DNA of 64,000 nt from Mytilus californianus (lineage: Eukaryota): assembly GCF_021869535.1 (NCBI RefSeq), contig NW_026262637.1:6324001-6388000 (forward strand), in the 5' to 3' direction. The position numbers were made by a program, and so were the translations under genes. The notes beneath the pieces were generated by a model. The model was not told the origin of the DNA and did not search any database. It saw nothing but the letters and a program-made list of their open reading frames with translations. The number at the start of each line of letters is the position of its first letter. Position 1 is the first letter of the stretch. Shown one piece after another: positions 1 to 12,940 of the stretch.

Positions 1-1420
1 TTACGACGATCCCAATATAGCGACGGCAGAAATAGGTAAAATCTTTTCAGTCATTTTTATCAAATGTAGCCCGTTGTTGTCAAGAGTTACTCAGCTGCAA
101 GGTTTTTCAATACCATTACATCATATTTGAATCGTAACGGTGCACTATAATTGTCTACGCGCTTAGAAAATTGACGTCGAAAAATTCGGGATGATAATCG
201 TAACTCGCAAAAATGATAATCGTAATTTCGGTATTAATAAATAAGAAGATACTCGTAACTGGATAGTGTTTGATTGGTATTGACACGAAAAACGTCTATC
301 TAATAGCATATGATGAAAATATGGTGATGAATTAATCACGAAAACGTTCCCACATCTTATGACATTTCTTTTTGTGCATATATGATTAACAGTTCTAATG
401 TAAACAGCTACATACTAGTATATATCATAAAATTGGAAGGGGGACCAGCTTCTATAAATTTGTAAATGGGGAAACACGAACTATGTTAAAATACTGAAAA
501 CTCCAGGAACTAGGACCGTCACAAAATATTGGGGAACATTTAAAAAAATGTCATCATGATCTATTCATGTTTAGTGTTAAAAAGAAATATTGTTTGCTAT
601 TCTATTTAAATACGGACTTGAAAACAAATGCACACCTTTTTGAATGTGTAAAAAGTTGTATAGCCCATAAATACTATAAAAATGCTTAGCTACATCATGA
701 CCGTCACTGACATTTCGATATCTCAGAAAATATAACTATAAATTTTATCAACACCAATTTAGTTTGGCATTCTAATAATATGACATTCTTTTAACGTTTA
801 ATGATAATATAAGAGTAGAGAAAAGTTGGAATGCTTTGTGTGTTATGGAGTTAATCACATGGTGACGTGGAGAATATTGGCAAACATGGATTTGTGTTCT
901 TTAATAGTTTGGCCAAAAGCCCGAAGATCAAGAAATCGAATTGATGTGGCCTTAAATTACTTTGCAAGCTATATTTATTCAAAGAATGACTGCAACTTTA
1001 AGAAATCATAGCGTATATTCCGCCATATCAGAAACAAACTGATTCAAGAAATCATAAATACTTGGTATATGAAAAATATGCTGCATACATATGCATGGAA
1101 GTTATTGTAGAGAAAAAATATTGAAGGTAACATAGAAAATTTTTGTACTTGCATAATTACCATATACTTAGTACTTTTCTATCAAATGAAAACAAAAATG
1201 AGCCTTTCATAATTGTCATGCATTTTTCTAAAGCACAAAATATTTCTTTGATTATCTATTAAAGTCTTTGTAATTAAACCAGTTTCGACCGTGATGATCT
1301 ACATATTATGCCTTCTGAGGACCAATACACATATATATATAATATATATTTGTGTTTTTTTTCAGTCCTTCAAATGCTATACGCGCCATTTAGTTAAGGC
1401 TAATAAAAACAATCAACATC

Positions 1421-1520
1421 AACACAAGTAACAATAAACACAAGTAACAATAAACACAAGGAACAATAAACACAAGGAACAATAAACACAAGGAACAATA
1501 AACACAAGTAACAATAAACA
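1421..1520 (+). repeat. 16-bp tandem repeat (AACAATAAACACAAG[T/G]) x ~6
   Basis: Read directly from the sequence. Confidence 0.9.
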
Positions 1521-2313
1521 ATAGTAGCAATAAACTGGTAACTATTCTAGATCCTTTACCATCCACCCTATTTAAAGAAACGTCCTAAAATACATGGGTA
1601 TTTAATCAAAATATTTGAATTTAATTTTTAAAATCATATAAAATATCAATGTAAAACAGAACAAAAGTGAATTCACTTGAAAAATATGAACGGCTATTTT
1701 AACCGGGATACATTTCACTCCAAAATTAAACTATATGTATTTCTATTGAAATATAAGGAAAAGGGAAAAATGAAAACTCATATCCACCAATCAAAGTATC
1801 AACTGTTAAATCCAATAATGCAGTTAAGTAACTGATGGAAAATTTTGTTCATTTCTCGCAGAAATTTAGTATAAACATTCAGTTTATAGCACCCCCCCCC
1901 CCCATTTCCCGTTTACATAATTTGTGGACCCATCCCCGAATATAAACAACAGGGAACTCAAAACTGACAGCGATCTTATGATAAATGAGATCTGTATAAA
2001 GCACGGGGGTAGGGGTGGTGTCACTTCTGGCGTGCTGCTGAAATTTAAAAAAAATATCCCCTTTCATATATTGCCGATGACCAAAAATCTGATCCATGTT
2101 ATAACTTATATATTTATATAGGAAATAACCCACAGCCACCCCGTGGTATAGGGAATATTGAGATAGGGGAGGTTAACTTGCCCTTTTTATTGATTTAAAA
2201 GTCGATTGGATATATGCAATATTAGAGGCAAAACATATGGCATATTGAAATGTGGTATACGGGACTTTCATTTGAAAGGATTGCACTTTTGGGATATGGG
2301 ATAATGCTAATAA

Positions 2314-2359
2314 CCCCCCCCCCCCCCCCCCCCACCCCCCACCCCTTTTCCCCACTTCC
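2314..2359 (-). repeat. Poly-C/G-run tract (potential G-quadruplex on the minus strand)
   Basis: C20-A-C6-A-C4-T4-C4; a second C12 run lies at 1892-1903. Confidence 0.7.
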
Positions 2360-3279
2360 AAAAAAAAAAACCTAAACGCGAAAACGACATTGAAACTTTG
2401 AAAGAATTTAAATTATCTATTTACCACAATAACTGACTCGACAGCTGCTTCATTTTCCATATCTTTAACAGGTACATGTATATATTAAAAGGTTATGCAT
2501 ATTGTTGTCAGTTATAAATCGAGATATATATACATGTAAGTAAATTTGTCCTAAATATTAACCTATAAGTTGCTTCATTATTTTTTATTTTGCGCGTTAA
2601 TGTCATCGTTTAACTGGACATTGCCGTTTTTAAACACAAAATACCATTGACAAGCTGGAAGACACATTTATTATTTTTCAGTTACTATTATCCCATAAAG
2701 AAATTACGATTATCAAACAAGACAAATGCCATCGAATTACGATTATCATCCCGAATTTTTCGACGGCAATTTTCTAAGCGCGTAGACAATTATAGTGCAC
2801 CGTTACGATTCAAATATGATGTAATGTTATTGAAAAAACTTGCAGCTGAGTAACTCTTGACAACAACAGGCTACATTTGAGAAAAATGACTGAAAAGATT
2901 TTACCTATTTCTGCCGTCGCCATATTGGGATCGTCGTAATTCCAGTTACGATTATCAGTTTAACACCAGTGCAAGTATTGCGATTGGATCGTGAAAGCTC
3001 TTGTATAGGATAGTGAATTCAATCGAGAAGACATATACAAGGTCAATTATTAATCTAATTTAATTAATTACACGGACAAATTTACAACAAAATAAAACTG
3101 TCTGTCAAAATGGTTCAACATTATGATCAGTATGTGGGAAAATCCAGGTTTAAAAGTACATTGTGTTTTATTTTCTTATACAAATTTAATAATTTTCATT
3201 TCTCATTTGTATGCCCATTTTATTTATAAAGCGAAGATCCTCAATAAATTTAAGCATTTCAAAGTATTAATATATTCAG

Positions 3280-3995
3280 ACCTCGACTGTGCCTTATTTC
3301 ATAGATCAAGGATTAGTTTTGTGGTCAAGTCTGTATCGCGGATTCGTTTATCTATAGAGTAACTGTATTTGATGTAAGTTATGATTGTAAGGTGTACATT
3401 TTCGACTAGAAAGGTTCCAACTAACCTTGACCTCATTATCATGCATCACTGGGCAATGTTTATTTTGTGGGCTTTGGTCTTTTTCTTAAATACCTGTATG
3501 CTATAGGGCCACTGTATTTGGTGTATGGTGTACATGTCTGTCTGCACGTTGACCTCATTTTCATGGTTCATTGGTCTTTGTTAAGTTTTCATGGTTTTGT
3601 CAGTTTATCAGCTAGATACTAAAAGCAATAGTTCAATTGTATTTGATATATTGAATGATAGTAAGATGTCTATGTCTGACTGTCGGTCAGGCTTCATATA
3701 CTTTCGACCTTATGTTCCGAATTCATTGGCCAAACATAACTTTTAGATTTGTCAGTTTTTAAGGTACTGTAAGCATCAGAACCACTATATTTGGTGTACG
3801 GGATGTTTGTACCGGTCTGTATGGCATGGTTCATCTCACCGTGGCCTCTTTTTTATGGATCATTGATAATCTTAAGCGTATGTGACACGTCTTCTAGTAA
3901 AACCCTTACTATTACAGACGTTCAACATATATACTATCATAAGTATGATACAAGACGAGACATTTGCGCTCTGGTATTCTTTACTCTGTAATATA
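3280..3995. mobile_element. Bivalve interspersed repeat with degenerate internal TTGACCTCATTTTCATGGTTCA units (Helitron-like non-autonomous element)
   Basis: The GACCTCATT..CATG motif recurs at ~3430, ~3552 and ~3705. The family assignment is from recall and was not searched. Confidence 0.35.
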
Positions 3996-5349
3996 TTGTT
4001 ATCAAATTGGCAATCATTTCACATCTGCTACGTTGTATATAAAGAGACATATATAGAACTTAAGGAAGTACTGTAACACAAAAGGTTGTATGGTTATCGT
4101 TCAATCTCATATTGTTAGTGAAAGATGCTGTTTTCGCTATTAGATATGGTTGATGGTTAACTTTTTGTGTTTAAACGTTGCATACCCATATTATTGTCTA
4201 AATAGTGGCGGTAAGTAGACAGGTCTGCCTGAACTGTACTAGACCGATTCTCAGAGCTGAATTTTTCACACGCGAACTGACAAAGGTATGATATCGCTAG
4301 ACATGCCAGTGCAGAGTCAGTAAAAGTTGTCACGATTGAGAATAGAACTTTATCGGTTAAACTACAGTTCAAGCTGGGCATCCCAGTCGAAGTACGTTGA
4401 ATGAAAATTTACCCACTAAGTTGGGTACAATGATGTATATTAGAAATAACGTTATCTTTGTACCTTTTTAGTTTGTGTCGGCGCAGCCACGAAATAACAA
4501 TATTGTCATACTATGTATGCACGAACGACACTCCACATAACTGAAAGTAACAACCCTTAAAAAAATTGCGTACAAATGCATATATTTCCAAGGCGGATGT
4601 ATTTAAAGATACATATATACCTTTACTTTTCGACAATTTACGCTCGTGGAGGTCCTTCTATTTTGGAAATCAACTTATCTATACACGTTTTTAGTTATTT
4701 TTTTAACTTTCGAAATATTGTTTTCTGATTATTAAGTCTGGTCACGCCTTATCTTTCAAAAAAATGCGTTGTCTAATCTTTCACGATCAAGTTTGATGAA
4801 AAATCAACAAAATTCAAGGTTTTCATAAACAAGTGAACGGTTTCAAGGGAAGAGCATACTTTTATTTTACTGTTCTATCGGACAAACCAAAGATAAAGTT
4901 TCAAATATATCATGGTATATTGGAATGTGACCATTATAGGTACAAAAAGCGTGTTTTTTTTAATGAATCCCATAGACATGTATTGCGCCTTTTGTGTTTC
5001 CTCATAAAGTACTGCATATTTTCTTTATCTTATTACACTGTATTGTTGAGAAAGTTGAATCATTTTGACAGACATATTTGTTTTTTCGGATTTGTTCTGC
5101 GTTTTGAAAATTCAGCGATTTTTTCACAGATTTTCAAGTAGAATTTACATTAAATTACATTCACGGTCCGTTATCAGATCTTTCACGATCCAATCGCAAT
5201 GCTTGACCAACGTTAGGTATTCTTTCACGATCGTTTCTCTCGATAAACCGAATGACACCCGTGGACTAGCATGAGAATAAAAAAACATTTGTAATGCAAA
5301 ACTTCCCCCAACTGTTTCTCCGGTAGAGATGAAAGGGGCATGGAAGGAC

Positions 5350-5625
5350 ATTGATTGATTTATTGATGTTTGTTTAACGTCCAGTGGCGAATATATCATG
5401 GATGTTCTTGACGATAACAAATTAACAATATATACAATAGTTAGATCCCATAATAGAGGATGTCTGGTATGAAAGTCGGGGAAATTTGGACTGACATTGT
5501 AAAATAAAGGTACATTTGATAGGGACAGAATATTGTCTTGCAACAGGCACTCTCTTTACACGAGGCATCGGGTTTAACATTCCCATTCCGACCGAACGTT
5601 GCTGCGTACATCCCACACACCCAAC
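5350..5625 (-). mobile_element. SINE copy (family shared with 56090-56252, 35275-35430 and 63460-63530)
   Basis: 5540-5620 is the reverse complement of the body of the 56100-56190 copy. The tail AACGTCCAGTGGCGAATAT at 5376-5395 matches ATATTTGCCACTGGACGTT at ~56211. Confidence 0.7.
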
Positions 5626-8119
5626 AGAAAGTAAGTAAAATCTTATTCTAAAAACATTATATCACGGAAAATTAATAGTACATACTTTTACATACAGTAG
5701 CACATACTCAAACTTATCTTACAGTAGCTGACCGCTCACAAGACGAGAGAACTCAAAGAAATGGCTAAAGCGAAAAAGTGATATGTCTATACACATAAAT
5801 TCTTAGAAACTGAAAGTCTATTATGAAACGACTATGCAATGTAACCGTCCTTACTTAATTCAGACTTCCAACGTCCATGCCTCTTTATACATCTATAATT
5901 AAAATCTGACAAAGCAGCAGCCGAAGCACCATGCAGAACGAAATGAGTGTAAACCTAAGTTAAGATAATAAGCAATCATTTTCAACCTTTTAAGGATATT
6001 TTGCCTGACTGCTGTATAGTTAAGTTTCTTATTTATATAAATCACGTTGGCATGCAGGAAAAACTTAATTTAAGCAAAAATTCCAAATCATCGTATTCAT
6101 CAAACAGATATCTCTTCGGAACCGACCATTCGTCTTTCATTGATGATACTGGATGGAGATGCAAGTTGTGTTTTTTTAGAAACAACTATATATTTTTTAT
6201 ATATATTTCAATTTAGAATAAACAAAAATTTACTTTCCTTTTAAAACATTTAAAAAAAGGCGGTAGGATCAAATTTCAAGACAGGGGAACTTTTCAAAAG
6301 TCCTTCTATCGTTACTAATACACCCATTTTCCGATTCATATATTTTACTGTAAGGTATTATCAATATCGTAGCGCATTTACAAATATTTCACTTGAATGT
6401 TATCAATGCATATAGATGAATCAAAACTGCATGCATTCTTTCTGGATTTCAGAAAAATTTGACCAATTATCCATTTATTGTCGAGAAGGACAAAACCAAA
6501 ATTCTATTAGAAGTAATTACATAAATTGACTTTCAGATAAACCATCATTTACGAAGCTAAATGTCTTTCCTCTATGTAAAATTTTAAAATATGCAATATT
6601 TTCGGTAACAGCAATATTTCACTGAATATTCAAGAAAATATGAAAAATAATATAATACGGTTTAAGTATCACGATTATGTTATTTAGATTTCGAATTCGA
6701 TGGAGTATGTCTTTAAACCTTTCTGGTTTTGTCCCCGTTAGTGTAAGAAATTCAGGGGTAATTTACCCCATATCTTTCGAATAAAACTATATAATTGAAA
6801 ATGAAACCGATGTCCCTCCTTCCCCCAGAAAACAGGATTTTTTATGACTAAAGATCCTAATCGCTTGCTGCTTCATACTATTTTGTACTGACAATCGATA
6901 CCAGGAGGTGCATTTTAACAATATAACATTCAATGTTAAGTATGTTAGCATGCACGAACAAAGAAATCAAAAGAAAAATAATAGCACCATGCATGTAAAA
7001 ACTGTAAGTACTTAACGGAATACACAACAGCGAGATCGAAACATAAGGATAGAATGCATTTATATAACTACCCTCTGTTAACTCTTGAGTTTTTTTTATT
7101 ATATGTGATTTTATGAAAATTACAATGGTCGTTAATATTTAGCAATAAAAAAAACCGAAATATTTTTGATATAATTGTTGATTAATTAAATGCTAGCTAA
7201 TTTATCTATGTTCTGCAAAAACGCATACTTTCTTCAAAGTTTTGAAAATTAAAGTCGTACATCTTTTGTATTTCGTCGTGTATAAGTCTACAGCCCTTAA
7301 AACTTGAATTTTGAAAATATGCAATGTCGGACAGTTTTTGAATACTTGCATACTGTCCTGGACTGACAGAGAAATTGTCACAGCTTGTTTATATATTTTT
7401 CAATATGTACTTGCTTCTTAATATATTTTGCTTTTATCTTTGTTCGGAATGGTTTTCTTTGTATTATGTTTTTTCATCTTCATCTGCGTTCACCCTGGGA
7501 CATTAAAAAAATTCCGTTGTGTCCCGTCCCTGATTGGGCTGAATACATAGTTTTCCTCAAATATTTTGGACTTGATATCACTTGTTTTTGTTGATGTTTT
7601 ATTGTTTCGTTGAATTATTTGTGTGTCCGTAATTCTTTTTTGAGGTTGTGTTGATATAGTTTTATTTATATAAGAGGCAAAATAAGTTTTTCAGTTGTTT
7701 ATTAAAGAAATGGTGATCCGACAAAATCCCCAAAAGATGACAAAACTAGAAAGTCCGTTGAAACTTGGCTTTAACATTTCTAAGATCAAACATTCAGTTT
7801 AATCCCTAAAATAGTGTTATTTTCTTAAAAGCGGAAGTGAAATAACTGTTTTATTTACCACTTACAGTAAACCGCGGTATTTGACACGGTTGATAGGTGT
7901 AATGAAGAAATTTACCCGAAAGTGCGCGGATGATTGTGACTTTAGTTCATTCTATTCGTTTGGAAATTGTTTATTATAAAAGTGGTCACGAATGATGCAT
8001 AAGTCTACATAAAATAACGATGTTTACAGTTCGCACTGCAATTGGAAATGCAGAACCTTTTCAAAGACCTAAAGAAAACCTCTCCATAACCCACATGTCA
8101 GTCAGTCAGTACTTACATT

Positions 8120-8400
8120 TCATATACCCCAGTGAGCTTGTGATAAAGGATACTACATAAACTAGAATATCTGCTTCATATCTTGACCTTTTCTTTGATA
8201 TTGACACTGATTGACGACTTCAAATAAAAATCTATGACAAACTTTGGAGGACGATTTTAACTTTCCAACTGTCAATTTCCCCATGTCTCAATAGTATTAT
8301 ATCCTCTGCGCCATCGTATGGTGTGTACATATCTCAATTGATACCTTACGCTCGTGCATGTTGAGTCAGTACAGACGTCATGAACAGGGGTGTACTCCTG
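8120..8400 (+). mobile_element. Penelope-like (Naiad-type) RT C-terminal fragment, decayed
   Basis: Translates to YPSELVIKDTT..SASYLDL..IYDK..DDFNFP with stops and frameshifts; homologous to 12300-12530. Confidence 0.75.
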
Positions 8401-9061
8401 ACTACTTAAAACAGGCCGCAGATTACAAAAGGATATTCAAACTTATTAGTCGACGACAATATCACAACGTCATGGCAAAAGTCGAAGAACGACGTAATGA
8501 CAAACAAAATTCTACAAATCTATATAGAAAACTATATATCAACACGAACCTTACTGAAAACAAGAGGTTATATCGTGTGCCACCGGAAGGTTTAGCAGAT
8601 TCTGTTCCACATGTGACACCTGAGGGTCGAACGTGGAAATTCAGATTTGGTGACATGTACTGAATTATGAGGAAGAACCGGCGACTGAAATAGACACAAA
8701 ATAAGTTTTTAGATCACCATCACGAATAATGTTACATTTAAGCTCTGCGGTGTCTCAACTCACTAGCAGCATCTTTTCGCGGTTTAAAATCTTTAAATAT
8801 TAAGTATCAGATCAGATCTGAAAATTTGCCCTTTGTGTCCCATTCCTGTTTGTAACATATTGATAATTTTGATTCGCATGGCACGTGATACATGTTGTTG
8901 ACGCAACCGATCTGAACTCTTTTTGAAGTTCTTGGAATTCCCCCAGTTTTTGTTTGCAAACATTAACATCGGTAAACTACTGTTGCCTCTAATGTTTCTT
9001 AGAGACATACAGATAAAATATCAGCCGGCTCGAGTCAAGAAATCGAAGTCACGGTTATCAA

Positions 9062-9181
9062 AGGTTGTGTTTTGTGTACTATTGTTTGTCTGTGGGTGTT
9101 TTTCTTTTTTGGCCATGTCGTTGTCAGTTTTTTTTCGACTTATGAGTTTGAATGTCCATCTGGTATCTTTCGTCTCTCTTT
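9062..9181 (+). mobile_element. 3' UTR/tail fragment of the Naiad-type element
   Basis: Continues the tail starting at 12885 (TTGTGTTTTGTGTACTATTG...GGTATCTTTCG..CTCTTT) and is the reverse complement of the tails at 42378, 43400 and 51870. Confidence 0.7.
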
Positions 9182-10859
9182 AATATGCTTGCATATATTG
9201 TAATAAAAAAAATACAACCAAGACAAGGGATTACACTCTCTAAAACAATATATTCAAGTAAAGGCTGTTGAAGGCTAACTTGTCATACAGCCACTGTAAA
9301 CCTTTACTGGGATTCAAACTTTATTCATGAAATACAAAGACATTCACAGAAGCAAGTTTTTAATCATCAGCAGTGCGATATAAATGCTAACCCTAGTTCA
9401 GATATCAAATCAATTATACAGACCAGACCGTGGGGCAGAACGATCACGACAATTGGAAACATTCCACAGACTACAGTCATGTGATCATGGCAAGTGTATA
9501 ATGTCGATCAGAGATGGCTTTTTTCTTGACTTTTGTTTAGAGATATTTAGAGTTGCAAGCAGCAGGACAAGCCGTTCCTTTCTGAACAGGGTTCATTTGA
9601 CATTTGTCCTAGAGGCGCCCCGATGTTACAGTTGTTTTATGTCCCCCATTTATAGATTGATATGGCCAAAGTGTATTTTGCAATGACGAAATGTTTTAAA
9701 ATTAATGTCCAATGATGCTGGATAAAAGCACACTACATGTGGTACACAAACATTTGACCACCACTCTATTCCAATGCACAACAGGTTAAATGTCCGAAGC
9801 TTAACATTCATATTCGCAATATTATTATAGGATTCGTGGCTTAAGAATTTTGTCGTGTTCTTTTACCTCTTTGGACCAATATTGATATTCGAGATTTGCT
9901 AAACCTTCCATGTACGAACATATGTATTCCAGCCAAGGGTCAGAACCTTGTTATACGTTCCCACAAGACAAAAGTCATTTGAGGTCTGAATTACTGATTA
10001 AAGTTACGTATGTTTAGTGCTATGTTAAACTATCCTGCATAGAAAAAAAATTCTTTTCTTGTGTCACTTAGTTTGGGATTGAATAACCGAAACTTTCTCC
10101 ATTTTTAAACGAATAAAAGGAGGTTCTATCATTAAATATGTCTTCTTACAGTTGTTAGTCAATTTTACAATGATTTATATTCCTATTAATACATTTTATT
10201 TCATAGAAATCGTCATGACATTGTTAAAACTCAATTATAAGTCTATTTTGAAATAATTTTTGTTGCCAGTTTTGCATGTACCGAATTCAACGTATATGGC
10301 CAAAACTCAAGTTTCCACTTTCATTGAGGTGTAATAGATGGTTATATTAACAAATACATATTTGTTCATAATTTTCTATAAATTTTGTAAAGTTTCGACG
10401 GCCGTTGTTCTTATTACTTGAAAAAAAAACTTTTTTAACTAAAAACTAGCCCCCCCCCTTTGTGTAAAGTCGCATACATGTACTCGGAAAACTTATTTAA
10501 TGATGGGTTTCCACTTTTTTGGTGAAAAATTGAATAAGGAAGAATAAAGATTCAAGTTTTCGATCATTCTACTGTATTTGAATTGGAATTAGATATTCAA
10601 TTTTGTTTTTCCTTGAAAACGACATGTGACCTTTGATCTTGATTTCTGAAAAACTGCACCATATTTTCTTTTGACGACCAAAATAATCTCAAAGTACACA
10701 TATTTTCGAATCGAATAATATATGATATAGCCGTGTAGTATTTTTGACGATTAAAATTTCATAATTCCGACTTTGGTCACCGGCTTATTTTTAAACCAGT
10801 TCGTATTGGAAAAAATGAAAAGGAGAAAAGATCCTTTATTAAACATTCCTTTGCCAACA

Positions 10860-12940
10860 AAAGTCTCGATGCTATCAATTTGGGCAATATTCTTCATCAT
10901 AAATTAGTTAAATCAAAAATACTTCCCTATTTTAAAGATCGGTATGTACCTATCATTTCTTATACCTATACCAAACCTATTGCAACTAAAATTATTTTGA
11001 ATTACAAACACGTGTTGCAGGATCTCAATATTGACGACTTCAAGTCTAAACCTCCTGATTGCACCTCTGCTTGTTCCCCATTCATATAAAATCCGGCTGG
11101 CCACCTTACTACCGGTGACCGCAACATTGTCAATAACATTTCTCTGCGAAATGTGTTATCCAAAGGCCCGAAATATTGTGAGCCTAAATCCATCAATTGG
11201 AAACACTACTTTAAAAGACTGATGGATTCAGTCGAGGATTATGCCAGGCAATGGGTTAAAAGAAGACGTAGATACTCTTTCCAAATGGATTAAGGCTGTA
11301 AAGTCGAATCAAGAAACTGAATGGGTCTATTAATACCCATGCTACATCAATCTTCAAAGACCCAAACGTTGCAAAACACTTTTCCTACTTCCATGATAAA
11401 TATGTTGCAGATAACGCCCCAAACAACGTAATTTGTATGTGTAAATCACATTACATAAACTGCTTGATAAATGAATTAGGTATTGGCAATTCACTTAGAA
11501 ACTCAACATATACCCTACGACACTTACTAAAGAGGAAATCCTGGATAATCATAGGTCTGTTATATGTTCCTTTGGAATTTCAACTTAAGATGAAGAACTG
11601 GATCTTCCGTCACTGTATTGGATACCTAAACTACATAAGTGTCCTTTCAAACAGCGGTATATTGTTGGGTCTTCAAAGTGCTCAACGAAACCTCTTTCTA
11701 AATTATTAACATCAATTTTATCTGCAATCAAAGCCGGGCTACCTATTCTAGAGGTGGCGTGAATCAGAATTGGATACTAAAAAATTCCAAAGATCTTTTA
11801 GAGTGCATACAATCTAAGACTCTTTCATCCAGCAATAGTATCAAAACAGTTGACTACTCTACATTTTACACAAGTATTCCCCATTCAAAACTAAAAGACA
11901 AATTGAAAGAGTTGGTCCTGCTTTACTTCAAAAACAAATGGCCAAACGGAGATACAAGTATCTTGTCTTAGGGAGGGATAAATCCTATTTTGTAAAAAAA
12001 TCGCTCTGATTCCAACAAAAAATTCTCTGAAACTGACATTATCAAGACGCTTGATTTCTTGATTGACAACATATTTGTTACGTTTGGAGAACAAACAATC
12101 GGCATTCCAATTAAAACACACTGTGCCCCTCTTCTTGACGACTTGTTCCTTTATTTATATGAGGCTGACTTCATACAGGAACTTCTTAAGAAGAAAGAAA
12201 AGAAGTTAGCAGTATCCTTTTTAACTGTACTTTCCGCTATAAAGATGATGTTCTCTTACTAAATAATTCAAAATTTGGTGACTTTGTTGAACGCATCTAT
12301 TCCATCGAACTTGAGATAAGGATACAACAGATACAGTTAAGTCTGACTCATATCTTGACTTACATATAGAAACTGACAATGAGGGTCGGTTGAAAACAAA
12401 ACTTTACGACAAAAGGGATGATTTCAGCTTCCCAATTGTGAACTTTCCATTTATATGTAGCAACATTCCAGCAGCGCCTGCATACGGAGTATATATCACC
12501 CAGTTGATTCGATATTCAAGGGCTTGTATTTCCTATCATGATTTCATTGATAGAAGGTTGCTGCTCACAAGGAAGCTATTAAACCAAGAGTTCCAATTGG
12601 TGAAGGTTAAATCATCCCTTGGTAGGTTTTACGGAAGCCATCACGAGTTGGTTGACCGTTATGGAATATCCGTTTTACAGATAATAGTGGATATGTTCCT
12701 AATGTCGTAATTACAATCCCGTCCCCTTTTCCCGAATGAGACCTACCGAATTAGACTTATAAACTGATTTGTACTAACATGAGAACGACGGGTGCCACAT
12801 GTGGAGCAGGATTCTTACCCTTCTGGAGCACCTGAGATCACCCCTAGTTTTTGGTGGGGTTCGTGTTGCTCAATCTATAGTTTTCTATGTTGTGTTTTGT
12901 GTACTATTGCACTATTGCCTCTGATATCTTTCCTCTCTCT
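10860..12940 (+). mobile_element. 5'-truncated, decayed Penelope-like retroelement of the Naiad type (C-terminal RT, no downstream endonuclease)
   Basis: Broken ORF pieces: LYWIPKLHK, TVDYSTFYTSIPHSKLK, GIPIKTHCAPLLDDLFLY, decayed RYxDD region and KLYDKRDDFSFPIVNFP...YGVYITQLIRYSRAC. The ORF ends at 12710, followed by a 3' UTR. A decayed CxC-like linker (PPDCTSACS) lies at ~11050. Confidence 0.8.

Larger units (their letters stand above)
1..2971. mobile_element. Non-autonomous DNA transposon with long TIRs, probably CACTA/EnSpm-like; left end lies outside the window
   Basis: 1-203 is the near-exact reverse complement of 2737-2939. The motif TGATAATCGTAA is reiterated subterminally on both sides, and the right end reads ...CACCAGTG (CACTG on the other strand) at 2971. 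The TSD cannot be checked. Confidence 0.55.

Noticed and set aside
4157-4381. 74-aa minus-strand ORF as a gene or transposase relic
   Set aside because: It has no recognisable motif or splice context, so no family can be assigned.
10860-12710. Selenoprotein-type Naiad (in-frame UGA at Cys positions)
   Set aside because: The interruptions are frameshifts and assorted stops consistent with decay, not systematic UGA-for-Cys.
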